A stretch of DNA of 63,920 bases, filler included, from Octopus bimaculoides (GCF_001194135.2; 6 parts of 4 records of this genome joined end to end with filler, not necessarily neighbours in it), one strand, 5' to 3'; shown: positions 39,701-53,629, numbered from the whole stretch's first letter. The notes: generated by a model not told the origin, from the sequence alone. A program made the numbers and translations.

Positions 39701-39790
39701 ACCTCCCTTACACAATCTTTTATACTCGGGAACTAGTAGAGCTGACACCGTTTGATAATCGGTGCGCATTCAAAGCCAGTGAACAGTAAT
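36790..39790 (+). mobile_element. Degenerate near-full-length Penelope-like element (RT + GIY-YIG)
   Basis: GLKFTPTP, KLRPIIAGP, LVSFDVVNLYTNIP, AMGTRAAP, WKRYLDDCF, then KCGRPNCGTC...FTCASENLIYAITCLGCSNQYIDQT. Multiple stops and frameshifts. Confidence 0.92.
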
Positions 39791-40167
39791 GACGACACCG
39801 GTTTTACTTTGAATCTCTTTAACAATTCAAAATAATGAGTTTAATTCCTCTTAATTCTAACTCAGCTTATCTCATTGTATTTATTTATTGCTATTTTTCA
39901 TAAAAAAACCTTTATTTTATTTTTGATATTCAATGTGCATTTTCGATTTTTTTCCTCTTTCTTTCACCATATTTTTTCCACGTTTAGTTTCTATTTTCAT
40001 TTTGAAACATATTTTCTATGATGTATATATATATATATATAGTAACAGAATTAATATTTTCTGACCTATATCTGCTACCAGAAAATATGAATTCTATTAC
40101 AAATAAACTCTCGTGAGAGTGAGTTCTTTTGTGTTGACCTCTTTATATATATTGTACTCAAACATTA

Positions 40168-40236
<69 letters not shown>

Positions 40237-40920
40237 GTCTATCTATCTNNNNNNNNNNNNNNNNNNNNNNNNNNNNNNNNNNNNNNNNNNNNNNNNNNNN
40301 NNNNNNNNNNNNNNNNNNNNNNNNNNNNNNNNNNNNNNNNNNNNNNNNNNNNNNNNNNNNNNNNNNNNNNNNNNNNNNNNNNNNNNNNNNNNNNNNNNNN
40401 NNNNNNNNNNNNNNNNNNNNNNNNNNNNNNNNNNNNNNNNNNNNNNNNNNNNNNNNNNNNNNNNNNNNNNNNNNNNNNNNNNNNNNNNNNNNNNNNNNNN
40501 NNNNNNNNNNNNNNNNNNNNNNNNNNNNNNNNNNNNNNNNNNNNNNNNNNNNNNNNNNNNNNNNNNNNNNNNNNNNNNNNNNNNNNNNNNNNNNNNNNNN
40601 NNNNNNNNNNNNNNNNNNNNNNNNNNNNNNNNNNNNNNNNNNNNNNNNNNNNNNNNNNNNNNNNNNNNNNNNNNNNNNNNNNNNNNNNNNNNNNNNNNNN
40701 NNNNNNNNNNNNNNNNNNNNNNNNNNNNNNNNNNNNNNNNNNNNNNNNNNNNNNNNNNNNNNNNNNNNNNNNNNNNNNNNNNNNNNNNNTATATATATTA
40801 CATAAAATGCGATAAGTAAGCCAAGGCTGTGAGGGGTTTTCAGGACTTTAATAATGAAAAGGATATAGATGTAGTCTCACAGCATTTTCTGGGATATCAT
40901 GGATATCCCTCTATCAGGGA

Positions 40921-40956
<36 letters not shown>

Positions 40957-43257
40957 TGCAACATCAACCGTTGCTTTCAGCGTAGCGCACACACTCTACC
41001 ACTGCTGCCATCAAACTTAAAGTGAACATAATATAGAGGCCTTCAAACAGATTTTTTATTGTCAACGTTATATATCGTTGTATATATTCACAACTGCATT
41101 GCATTTATCAATGTACATTAATAGAGAACTGTATTTATTTTGTTGCCGATTACCGAATCCTCACACCACATCTCTTCAGCCAAAACAAGACCTACATGAA
41201 CAAAATGTTGCGAGACTGAAATTTAGAGACTTACTATTTCTAGCGTGCTTTTCACCTCCTTTCTTCGATTCATTTACAATAGCTGCAAATAAATTATTTC
41301 TAATTTCTAACGGCTGGCAGCAATAAGGCTCGATTGACTAATTCGAACGAATCTACTGTCATTTCAAGTTTGCTTGAACCAAATTAAATGTCATATGTAA
41401 CAATTGAAACGTGAAAATATATTAACCGTTGCTGATGTCTAAGTTTTCTGTGAGTACTGGTTGACAAATATTTTGACACCAAGAATTTACATCACGTTAT
41501 CAAAGAAAGCAACAGTAGGATGTTTCCTCACTCAATTCATTCTCAATCCAATGGTTCCACTGATTTAAAAATGTAACTTTGAACTAGTGTTTAGCAACCT
41601 AAAAACCACAAACCGTAATATTTCAGTTGAAGGAAGAAATGTGTTTCTGTGAAAATAATCTGGAACCCTGTAACATTAATGTACATTATGCAAAAGTTAA
41701 AACAAACACTTTGGTTCCAGCTAATGTATTTCACAATGTGGATCCGCAAATAGTAGTTTTGGGTGAATAATACACACCCAAAGGCTTGTCAACTTTTTTT
41801 TACATATCCACTTTCTCAGATATTCATTCAAGAGAAGTATCGCGTTAGAGGTTCTAACGTAAGCTCAGAATACACCACATCAAATCTTGTGAAGTAAAGT
41901 AGCTGTATGTTACCAAGGAAGACGTTTAAAGCAGTAAATGAATAGATCAATAAGCCAAAATAATGCGTACAACAGCAGCTGAACATCACCAACAAAATAG
42001 CACTAAAAAAAAAAAAATATCCTCTGTAGAGTGGCATGACGAATCCCTTATTAATTATCGAAGGAAATTTAGAAAGACTCGATCACTTTGAAATTTAGAC
42101 TCGCTTCTAATTCTTCTTTTCATATATTAAAAAATGACTGATGAATGTGACATCCTCTCCCCACTCATAAACCCTGTGAGGCATACATTTCGGTAACCTG
42201 GATATAATAACGACAATAATTAATAATAAAATCACCTTAGAAACAGGTTCCTTATAATGTTCTGAAAGAGTGCTGGCATCAACTTATTTCATCTGGTTCA
42301 TCTCCAGATTAAATCGATGAACGCAGGCTATATATCTTTAATCATTGAAATTGTTTAAGTTATGAGAATAACAATTATCATTATGACTCCATTGCAAACT
42401 AGCATGGTACACGCGGTGTGAGTTTCTGCTGAAAAGGGGTTCTGAAAAAGTTCAAATTGTGTGATGAAGTGGAAGGTAATTTAATACTGATTCAAAATAA
42501 ATTGACATCGAAAGACCTTCGAATATGTTGTGCGTAGAATTCTGTTAGAAACCCATTCGTATTTGGAGTCCCTAGGAAGTTACTATACTGGATTACGTAG
42601 TTGCCGAAACGTCATATATTCGTCAGAAATCCTTCATGCATAACTCTGAGTTGTTAGTCTCTCCTGATATGACACTGTTTCAGTCTAATTTTCTTCATTG
42701 TTTATATAATATCACAAATGATATTAAGAAACATTTAAAGACATCTCAGAAGCCACACGGTCAATAAAATCATCAATGAATGACAGCAAAAGAATCTGAA
42801 TTTCCTACACACACAGGTTTTCTGTTCCCTATCCAGAAGCAAACAACTTGTTTCGTTGGCATTAGAAAATTCAGTGACACTCCGTTCTCTAGTTGTTTTC
42901 CTTTATTTCCTTAATGTAAGTCCGTGTTTCACTTTGACAGTGGCAACTTTCTTGCATATCATCCACTCGTACCTATGATAAGTCAAACAGAAACTCAGTA
43001 CAATCAAGTACTAGGGCACAGAAGAGGATCAACATTCTCAGTCTTACATCCCAGAAACCTAGTAACTCCCCAGGAGCATATTTTTCTTTTATCTTTTTGA
43101 ATTAATGATTTTCTTTAGCTTAAGCGTAGTTTTAACTACATGTCACCAGATTCGACGAATCTGCTAAAGCTAGAGACACTGTTATATTCTTCAAACCAAG
43201 TAAGCTTATTTTAAAAAAAGATATGATAATAGCATATGACACAATAAAAACATGTAC

Positions 43258-43416
43258 AACCAACCAACCAGCCAACCAACCAACCAACCAACCAACCAAC
43301 CAACCAACCAACCAGACGTTCTATGTGAGAATGTCTGAGTGGGAACACGAACCGTACTTTTGCTAATTGATTTAGGTGCGTATGTAGTAGTAAGCACATG
43401 CTTATATCCTCTCAAC
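43258..43416. repeat. (CCAA)n plus 102-bp module, copy 1
   Basis: gacgttctatgtgaga...cttatatcctctcaac directly follows (CCAA)n and recurs at 46505-46606. Confidence 0.85.
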
Positions 43417-44293
43417 ACTTTTATAAACACATTTGTGTATATCTGTACATAATATGGTATATGTTAATCTTATCATTCATTTAACTGCAACAAACATAAC
43501 GCTAGGTGCACTAGCAATATGAAAGATTCTTAATTCTTGGCCCAACTAGCGTAGCTAATTTTACCAAATTGGATTTGCGATTGTTTATGTTGATTGGCCA
43601 TTCGATTCAAATTTTATATTGTTATACGTGTATGTATTGGTAACATCACACTATCAGACAAGGAACCACTATGTGATCATACGATCTCTTAGAAATTACT
43701 GACAAATCTCCCTTAAATATCATTATGATCACATTAAATATTAGTATTAGATAGACTATTTCAACGAAAGACAGGATAATTATAGAGTTACCGATCTGGA
43801 GATAACACTCGTACCATACGAATGGAAGAATATTTTTACTGATTGATAGTCAATATTCTTATTCAATAATTGTTCCTCCTCTCTAGTTCCTAATACGAAT
43901 GTGCATAAATGTATAAATGTATAAATCCAAATCTGCGTAATAGTTTAAAAGTCTTTTAAATAACAGAAAGTGGGCTCTAGTTCAACATTACAACTAAATG
44001 TATAACACATTGAAACGCTGCAATTAATCATCCTGAGAAGAGGACAAGAGAAAGCTTATTTATGGTAGCTGTGTGTTGTAATTTACGTCTTGATTAAAGG
44101 TGTACATATAAGGCGTTCATGTTCTGTATCTCTTAATCACGTAACACACACGTGCGTGCTCACATACATGCACATGTATACATACACATGTACATACATA
44201 TACATGCAGACACACACACACACACACGCATACACATACGCATACACGCACACACTTATATGTCTATAAAGCTAAAGTTAAGTTTGTATGCGC

Positions 44294-44345
<52 letters not shown>

Positions 44346-45290
44346 TCGAGAAGGAATTAAAGAAAGATATAAAAGGTGAATGAGGTTTTAGAAATATATT
44401 ATCGCTATGTCGTAAATCTATATTCAGTAGTCTCGTGCCATTATTGTCGGATGAGCCTGCGATTTCAATATGTTTCCTGTGCTTTTGGATTGAGGCAGGA
44501 AGCACGCAACAAGACAGCCTAAAATGTCACTATGTGTACATGATAAATGAAATGAATGCTTGGAAATAAGATAATACCAGCCACACCGCGTATCTGTATA
44601 CGTAGCTTATTCTAGACGTTCAGACGTTGTGCTTTATAATTGCCTGACTTATACTGTTTTCTTAACTAGAATGGAATTTAAGACCATTGTAAACTGTTCC
44701 CCCGTATTTAGTAAGATTTGTAGTGAATGTCAGTGGTATTTTATGGGTATATAATTTTTGATGCATACCGTAGTTATAATAATGAATCAAATTTTGTTAT
44801 TTTCTCCGTGCAATATGATTTGTGCGTTTTATAAACTATATTCACATAAACATATACACTTGGTCTTTAATAATAATACACTCCTCACACTATCAGAATC
44901 TGCTGTGAAGAGTGTTTTCATGACATCAATATGGAATAGAGTTTGTGGTATATAACAGTACAAATATAAACAGACGTACACCATATCACATTTCCCATAT
45001 TTTAAGGTATGGTAGCCTTGTCTTTTATGTTGCAATACACTAAACCTAAACAGGAGTTACGTGAAAGAAGATTAAAGAATAAAGATTTATGTAAACATTC
45101 TTTATAATTTATAATCCATTTGGGTGTAATGAACAAATACATTATAAAATCACATTTTAATTAATACATTATAAACTGTGATTGTTTTGTACGTTTCCAG
45201 TCTGCATTGATCTGATGTATTGCTAAATAAATATTTAGTTCATTTTACAGATTTAAACCAGAGAGGTTTCAATAAAGTCAGTCAGCGACG

Positions 45291-46606
45291 CAACCAACCA
45301 ACCAACCAACCAACCAACCAACCAACCAACCAACCATCCATCCAACCAACCACCCAACCAACCAACCAACCAACCAACCACCCATCCAACAACCAACCAA
45401 TCATCCAACCAACCATCCAACCTACCATCCAACGAACCAACCAACCAGCCAACCATCCAACCAACCATCCAACCAACCAACCAACCAGCCAACCAGTCAA
45501 CCAACCAACCAACCAACCAACCAACCAACCAACCAGCCAACCAGTCAACCAACCAACCAACTGACCAACCATCCAACCAACCAGCCAACCAACCATCCCA
45601 CCAACCAACTGACTAACCAACCATCCAACCAAACAACCAACCAGTNNNNNNNNNNNNNNNNNNNNNNNNNNNNNNNNNNNNNNNNNNNNNNNNNNNNNNN
45701 NNNNNNNNNNNNNNNNNNNNNNNNNNNNNNNNNNNNNNNNNNNNNNNNNNNNNNNNNNNNNNNNNNNNNNNNNNNNNNNNNNNNNNNNNNNNNNNNNNNN
45801 NNNNNNNNNNNNNNNNNNNNNNNNNNNNNNNNNNNNNNNNNNNNNNNNNNNNNNNNNNNNNNNNNNNNNNNNNNNNNNNNNNNNNNNNNNNNNNNNNNNN
45901 NNNNNNNNNNNNNNNNNNNNNNNNNNNNNNNNNNNNNNNNNNNNNNNNNNNNNNNNNNNNNNNNNNNNNNNNNNNNNNNNNNNNNNNNNNNNNNNNNNNN
46001 NNNNNNNNNNNNNNNNNNNNNNNNNNNNNNNNNNNNNNNNNNNNNNNNNNNNNNNNNNNNNNNNNNNNNNNNNNNNNNNNNNNNNNNNNNNNNNNNNNNN
46101 NNNNNNNNNNNNNNNNNNNNNNNNNNNNNNNNNNNNNNNNNNNNNNNNNNNNNNNNNNNNNNNNNNNNNNNNNNNNNNNNNNNNNNNNNNNNNNNNNNNN
46201 NNNNNNNNNNNNNNNNNNNNNNNNNNNNNNNNNNNNNNNNNNNNNNNNNNNNNNNNNNNNNNNNNNNNNNNNNNNNNNNNNNNNNNNNNNNNNTAACCAA
46301 CCAACCAATCAGCCAACCAACCATCCAACCAACCATCCAACCACCCAACCAACCAACAACCAACCAACCAGCCAACCAGCCAACCAACCAACCAATCAAC
46401 AACCAACCAACCGACCAGCCAACCAGCCAACCAACCAACCAATCAACAACCAACCAACCAGCCAGCCAACCAGCCAAACAACCAACCAACCAACCAATCA
46501 ACCAGACGTTCTATGTGAGAAAGTCTGACTGGGAGCACGAACCGTACTTTTGCTAATTGATTTAGGTGCGTTTGTAGTAGTAAGCACATGCTTATATCCT
46601 CTCAAC
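45291..46606. repeat. Long degenerate (CCAA)n array (gap-spanning) plus 102-bp module, copy 2
   Basis: CCAA/CCAT/CCAG units on both sides of an N gap. The module differs from copy 1 at 4 positions. Confidence 0.85.
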
Positions 46607-47148
46607 TTGTAAAACCTGAACAATAAAAAGAGAGGACGTAAATGATTAGCAGCAACTGGCTGGTAATCATTTGAATCTTAGTAAACTGTTCCAACCCTAA
46701 TGAACACCACTGAATGGTCATCTCCAGAATTGAAATTATAACCGGAGAACCTTCGAATCAAAATATTAGCCACTAACCAATTAGCTTTCAGTGGACTGGA
46801 TAAAGATATCTCATATTTTAAATTTCTTACATAGCGTTCTAAAACTTTCTTCATTTCAGGATTCAAGACACAAAAGTAATTCCTATATATACACGTGAGC
46901 AAATAGATATATTCATCTCTGTTTACATTGCCTCATTGGAACTCTCTCTTCTACAGCGCTCAGGCAACCGTGGGCTTTCAGAGTAGACTGGCCAGTTCGT
47001 GTCAGATCAGTTGCAATAAACCTTTCAGTTACCAATTACTTCTATACATTTACAGAGTTTCTTGAAAAAGCTCAAGTTGTCACTCTTCCATAAGCAGCAG
47101 TACTCTCACTGTGTAAGCATCAATTTCCAGCAACTGTAAAACCCCTTC

Positions 47149-47430
47149 ATGGCTCCGATTGATAAACGAAGGAAATATAAAGCTGGCTTTAAGCTGCATT
47201 AGAAGCATACACCGTACTGCGAGAGAATAAGGTGTAATCGAAACGGTGGTAATAGTTTGGAGATTAAAGAAGATTTATTAAGAAGTATACTCAGAACAAA
47301 AACTGCAATGAGAGGAGGCACTGCATACTGGCCGATTCTAGAGAAGCATGTAGCAGAGATATTCCGTGGCAGCGTCAAAATAGATAGCTGTTTCTAGAAA
47401 TAAACAACGAGCTCACCCGGCACCTTTAGC
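47149..47430 (+). mobile_element. pogo-like transposase N-terminal relic
   Basis: MAPIDKRRKY... then KEDLLRSILRTKTAMRGGTAYWPILEKHVAEIF, resembling the Brinker-like/CENP-B HTH junction of pogo transposases. Confidence 0.55.
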
Positions 47431-49886
47431 TACGATTTCAGTTTATCCTGGAAGTGTTGATGCTGTTGTCAGTTATTTTGCCACATTTATTTCCACCACA
47501 TATCACTAGGAATCACTTTTCAAGGGTGTTTAGTTTTTTCTTTGACGGCATACACTAATTTTACATTTTCGCATAATCCTAGCACAGTTTCTATACTCAC
47601 TTTCCGCCGTCTCAATTTCATTAGTTCGTGTGTATAACAATATTGAATCAATGGGTTAAGCATAAAGTTGTGTCGTGCGTCCAGCATTAGAAATTATTTA
47701 GATTGCTCATATTTCTCAATCAATCTTTTAACGAAGGCCGTGACATTAAATATTTTTGCAGCGATGATCGTTTCGGAAATGTGAAAAACTGAAAATTTCC
47801 GAAGTTGAGTTTTCGAAGGACAACATGGAGGGATGAAGGATTCTTTCTAGAATATAGATGTTGCGGACATTGCACAGCTCCAAGTTGCATTGACGATATT
47901 ATTGAAATAACTCACGCATCTTTGCCAGCAACATTGCCAAATTAATATTTAATCTGCATTCAGTTGAGATATTGACTACAAAACATCAATGAACATATCA
48001 TAAAATTCGTCTCTAGCAGCATGACCATCCTAATTTTGAGAATTGCGAATGCTCATAATTTGATTTTATTTGCTCTTGTATTTATCATGGCCTTAACTTA
48101 TGAATGTTGCATTGAGTTAATTCTCCTATTAGGACAACCACGCAATGCAGCCTGTTATTATTGGTTGTTTTCCATCATTATTCATATTGATTTGAGTTGC
48201 AAAAGTTCGATGAGACACTATATAGTGTTTCTCAGATATGGTGCCCCAGGAAATCCGTGTAAACTGTCTGGGAATTGGATAGCTTGCGCTAACGTATCTG
48301 TTAAATTGTATATGTATTTCCACATTGCTCCTCTACTTTATTGAAAATTGACAAGGCTTTCGCGGTCTGGTGTCTAGCAGCAAAGTATATGACTATTATT
48401 TCGGGAAATGCTACCCACGTGTTTGTAGTCAATAACTGTCAAATGGTGACAATTTTTTTTATTTGGTTCTTAATAATTCGTACTGTCTCTTAACTTTTTC
48501 TGGCCCTTTGCAGAAACTCATAGACTATATTATAATAGTTGTCTTGAGATAAACTCAGCACATGTTGTTGACGAGTACTACATAAGGTATTGTTTGATTA
48601 ACTTGCTGTTTCTTTTACTGGACGATATATTTAATATTTATATATGAAAATGTACTTTTAAAGAAGCTATATTGTTGCTATTAAATAAATCCAACCATGT
48701 TTCATTTTGCAAAAATGTAATAAATCATGACTACATTTTTCTTTGTGTTTTTGCTTCCATGTTTGCAGTTTATAAGTTTTCCAATCCCATCTTCAAAATT
48801 TTGTCCTTTGAGAGGTATCGTTTTTGCAAGAATAGCTTCGGAAATAAAGAAAATGGATGGTCCGGATAACTATGTAAAATAATCGATCAAATATAATTGA
48901 TTGATGGCTATTTCCTTTCAAATATTGAAAAGGGACGATGTTTCATACTAGAGAAAATGAAAAAATAAAATGAAAGGAAAAAATATTGCAAAAATAATTC
49001 TTTATTAATGTAGGAGAAATATTGCAGAGCTTAAATTATTAAAATATGAACGAAGTATTCCAATCATGATTTATGGTGTATTTGGCGTGTTTACATTACA
49101 TTTTATGAATTTCCATGTAACCTCGAATGCTCTATAAAATCATCTTCAGTGAAATGAAATTTTCTTGATTGGAATCACGCTGCGAATATAAAACTCTATG
49201 AGAAATATTTGGGTAGTTCTATAAGTGTAATAGACACATTTCACTGTAGTGAAAATAATTGTTTAAAGTTTATATAAGTTATATTTCCATATGCTTTATT
49301 CAAGCTTCCAATAAATCAAACTAAAGTGATACTCAAAGGAAAGTAAATGAAAACAAAACCCAAAAAATCTATCTTTCCCACATATACCGTTATTCTTCAA
49401 GAAGATACTTACTGTAGTGTATTTGACCAATATACAGAATTTTTTAACCACATACACACGCACCACAAGCACGGAAATTCAACATTATAAAAGTCGCATT
49501 GGCTGTAATCACAAAAAAATATCTGAAGTAATTTTAAATCATGACGAATTCAAGGGCCACCAAAGTGCACAAAAACACACGTTATCAAGGGAAATGCTTT
49601 TGCATTATTAAGCAATATAACAAGACGCGATGAGTTTTTGATAAATGCTACAAATTATAATTATTTAAGAAAATATTCTTCCAATCAACTCAACAGCGAG
49701 AGACCTTGTATATCTATTACTTTTATCTTCAAATATAGTACGTGGTTATTTGGACATCGTTGTGATCTTTTCTATAAAACGTAACAGTTTCAGTATTTTT
49801 AGTTATATAGTATTCATTTCATAACAGTTATTTATACTTGTGTGTACATGTCTCTTGTCCCGTGCATGCGCCATGGCTGTATGTGA

Positions 49887-49933
<47 letters not shown>

Positions 49934-50033
49934 NNNNNNNNNNNNNNNNNNNNNNNNNNNNNNNNNNNNNNNNNNNNTTAATTAATTAANNNNNNNNNNN
50001 NNNNNNNNNNNNNNNNNNNNNNNNNNNNNNNNN
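49934..50033. other. Artificial scaffold spacer N44-TTAATTAATTAA-N44
   Basis: 100 bp, same design as 28201-28300. Confidence 0.95.
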
Positions 50034-50520
50034 TCCGAGGTCCATATTTTCCTAACCCGATTTCTGTATTCCTTAGTAACACGTTCCTTGTTACAGGTAC
50101 CTTCATATGATACGTTTTCATCTACTCCCAGGTATCTGTAGGATTCCTCATCAGATATTGGAGAAACAGATAGGCCATTGATGGAGATGTTGTTAGGGTG
50201 GTTTTTAGCCTTTCCTCGTTCCACAACCATATAGGAACATTTATCTTGGCCAAACTCTAGTCCTACATCACCAGAAAATGTTGTGACCAGGTCGAGACTT
50301 TTTTTCATATCATCCATGTTCTTGGCATACAATTTCAAATCATCGACAAAGAAGCAGTGCGTAATTAGATACCCTTCAAACTTCTTCAGCATGTATGATA
50401 ATGGGTTTACCGACAGTATGAACAGCATCACAGAAAGGCTGTCTCCTTGGAATATTCCCCTGCGATATTGTATTTTTTTGCTGGTGATACATCGACTTAC
50501 TGTATTTAACTTCACGATGG
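50034..50520 (-). mobile_element. R4/Dong-like LINE reverse transcriptase fragment (open frame)
   Basis: RRGIFQGDSLSVMLFILSVNPLS, HCFFVDDLKLYA, GLEFGQDKC, SYRYLGVDEN. Truncated by the spacer. Confidence 0.9.
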
Positions 50521-50822
50521 TGGCCCAGGCATGTATGTATGTATTTTTGTATGTATGTATGTATGTATACGTGCAGATTTGTTTGTTTTATGTGTCTTCT
50601 CAACCATATACTTGCATATCTAGACATGCTATGTATGTATGAATTTATGTATGCATGTATGTATACATGTACGTACGTACGTACGTATGTATGTGTGTAT
50701 GTATGTTAATGTCTTTTTTTTCCGTCTAGTTATGATAAAAACAATCTTACATTAACCTGAAAGATTACTCAATGTTTTTCGAAGACTACATAGATATATT
50801 ATTCTTTTACAAAAATAATGCT

Positions 50823-50869
50823 GATAGTGACTTCGAAGTTTCGGCTTCCCTGGTCTTCATCGGACTGTC
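50823..50869 (-). ncRNA. Degenerate minimal type-I hammerhead-like motif
   Basis: Minus strand gacagt-CCGATGA-agaccagggaagcc-GAAAC-ttcgaa-GTC-actatc. Stem I is 5/6 paired, the stem III loop is palindromic and stem II is weak. Confidence 0.3.
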
Positions 50870-51442
50870 CGATGATGGCTAAGTAGGGTACCCAATTATT
50901 GTTACACTAGTGTTATACCAAGTGTAATAGGTGGGTGTGGGTAAAAGGGGGGTTATTTTACCCTAAATTTATATAGCAATAAGAAAATGGAGGAGAATAT
51001 GCGGTATCCATCGACTTGCAGACAGTGTATTCCATTGAATTAATTTGTTTATTTTGCAACTAAAATGACAAAAACCACAATATACAGATGCTTATGACAT
51101 ACCATGTCATATTAACAGTTAAGGTTACAAATATAAAGTACATTTAGCAATTGAAGAATATACAGAAACTTACAGCTGTTTCGGACTAGAGTTGGCATGT
51201 CCCACACAGGAGCTATAGAGATAGAATGTTAAGAATCTGAAGTTAAAACTTGGAAAAATTAATTGTTATATTTGAAAACGATTCAGCAATTTTTGGACCA
51301 GCCTGTACTAACGCCTGATGATGTTGAAATACGTTTCTCGGGTGCGTTTTCATAAAGCATTACACATTTAGGCTGTAAGTGCAAAATGATTTCTGTTTTT
51401 CGATCACTGCCTTCCAGCCATTACAGAAAGAAGTGTGTGTGT

Positions 51443-51526
<84 letters not shown>

Positions 51527-51761
51527 TTGTGTGTGTGCTGATTTTTACGTATATATTTTATTCCGTGTGTGAATATATACATATTTATAGGAATGGGGGC
51601 TGAAATGTTCCTGGCTTTAGGTAAAAGAAAATACAGGAGTATCAGTTAATTATGATTTTATTGAACAGATTCCCCTCTCATAACTAATTCCAGGAAGTTA
51701 TGAGGGGGAAGATGTCGAGTTAACGGATTAACGTTAACTTCCGTTACATTTTCAAAGAATT

Positions 51762-51984
51762 TCGTTTCTTCATTGCCCACAGGGGGCTAAACATAGAGAG
51801 GGCAAACAAAGAGATTAAGTCGATTACATCGACCCCAGTGCGTAACTGGTACTTATTTAATCGATCCCGAAAGGATGAAAGGCAAAGTCAACTTCGGCGG
51901 AATTTGAACTCAGAATGTAACGGCAGACGAAATACCGTTAAGCATTTCGCCCGGTGTGCTAACTTTTTTGCCAGCCCTCTTACG
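51762..51984 (-). mobile_element. tRNA-derived SINE with 13-bp TSD
   Basis: TTTTCAAAGAATT at 51749-51761 and 51985-51997; CpG-rich, near-consensus body. Confidence 0.85.
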
Positions 51985-52188
51985 TTTTCAAAGAATTAAC
52001 GGATTAACGATTAACGAAGTTAACTTTTCGATAAACGGTGCCCACCTANNNNNNNNNNNNNNNNNNNNNNNNNNNNNNNNNNNNNNNNNNNNNNNNNNNN
52101 NNNNNNNNNNNNNNNNNNNNNNNNNNNNNNNNNNNNNNNNNNNNNNNNNNNNNNNNNNNNNNNNNNNNNNNNNNNNNNNNNNNNNNNN

Positions 52189-52222
<34 letters not shown>

Positions 52223-52866
52223 GCTCGGACTCAACCTGGAATCATGTGGTTGGGAAGCAAACTTATCACACAACCACACTTGCGTCTATACTTCTTACCA
52301 CACAGTTATATTTTCGCATGGTTCCTTACAGTTAGTTTGGATCATTAAAGTTCTTAAATCCCTCCACAACTTTGCTAGACCTTAGTGTCAGCTCTAAGAT
52401 TAAACAACGATGCAGTTTGTTGCCGTCTTTTTCCAGTTGGGGGATCGATACAATTAATGTAGATGTGTACCACCGAAATTTGAATTTTCTGCATTCAATT
52501 AATACATCAGTCAAAATTGTTTTTTGTTTGTTTGTCTGTAACATTGTTTTAGCATTGTGCTGTGTTATGATTATTGCTCTCATTATTAATCGTCTATTTT
52601 TGGTGAGGAATTCTATAGTGCCTAGACATGTCCATTAATAATTTCCTGTCTAGATATATTCTTTGTTGTGTGATGTAGGGCGTTCTTGTTTTTCCACGTT
52701 GTAAGTTCATGTAAGCCAACGGATGAGTGTCGCACCTGTACGGCCAATATACCTGTTTCAGGTTCGAAGTTAGCCACTTTCAAGCTAACAGTCAAATTAT
52801 ACCTAATATTAGTTATTAGCAACCTTCTGTTGAAAGTGAACTGAGTAATACCTAACGCGTGCTTGA

Positions 52867-52951
<85 letters not shown>

Positions 52952-53061
52952 GTATGTCTGTAGTCTATCTCACAGTTTGTTTACCTATCTGTCTGTCTGT
53001 TGTCTATTTGACAGTTTGTCTGTCTGTCGTCTGTATTCTATCTAGCAATTTATCTGTCTGT

Positions 53062-53125
<64 letters not shown>

Positions 53126-53299
53126 GCACCCATAATAAAGAAACAACACGTCAGATAATGTAGTCAGCAGCCCCAAAACAAAACGGACTGCATAGACAGT
53201 AGAACTACAAGATTAGCGGTGATTTGTGGCTAAAAAACAATACTAAGCGCAGATATACACAAACATAAATGAACGCACTCATGCACATAAATATGTAGT

Positions 53300-53490
53300 G
53301 GTTTCAAATTTGGGGAGAGGGTAAGTCGATGGCATCGACCTCAGTGATTAACTGGTACTTATTTTATCGACACCGAAAGGGTGAAGGGCAAACTCAACCT
53401 CGGCGAAATTTGAACTCAGAATGTAGAAACGGACGAAACGCTGCTAAGTATTTTGCTCAGCTTGTTAATAATTCTGCGAGTTCGCCGTCC
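53300..53490 (-). mobile_element. tRNA-derived SINE
   Basis: Same family body: aactggtacttattttatcgac...gaaatttgaactcagaatg...ctgcgagttcgccg. Confidence 0.75.
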
Positions 53491-53629
53491 TATGCACATA
53501 CGAAATATATTAAACAGAAACATACATAAAACGCATACACATTGAATTGCAGCAACATGGTATATCCATGTCCTTATAACATTGACCTTTTACCTACGTT
53601 GCAATATACACATAGTTATACCTATCTCC

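Noticed and set aside
45220-46501. Long ORFs of GWLV/NQPT repeats
   Set aside because: These are translations of the (CCAA)n microsatellite and N gap, with no splice or codon evidence.
46620-48900. Coding-like degraded sequence around the pogo fragment
   Set aside because: Many stops in all frames and no motif I can confidently assign; probably old DNA-transposon debris.
51310-51350. CTGATGAtgttGAAAtacg hammerhead-like core
   Set aside because: There is no stem II and stem I does not close next to a cleavage triplet.
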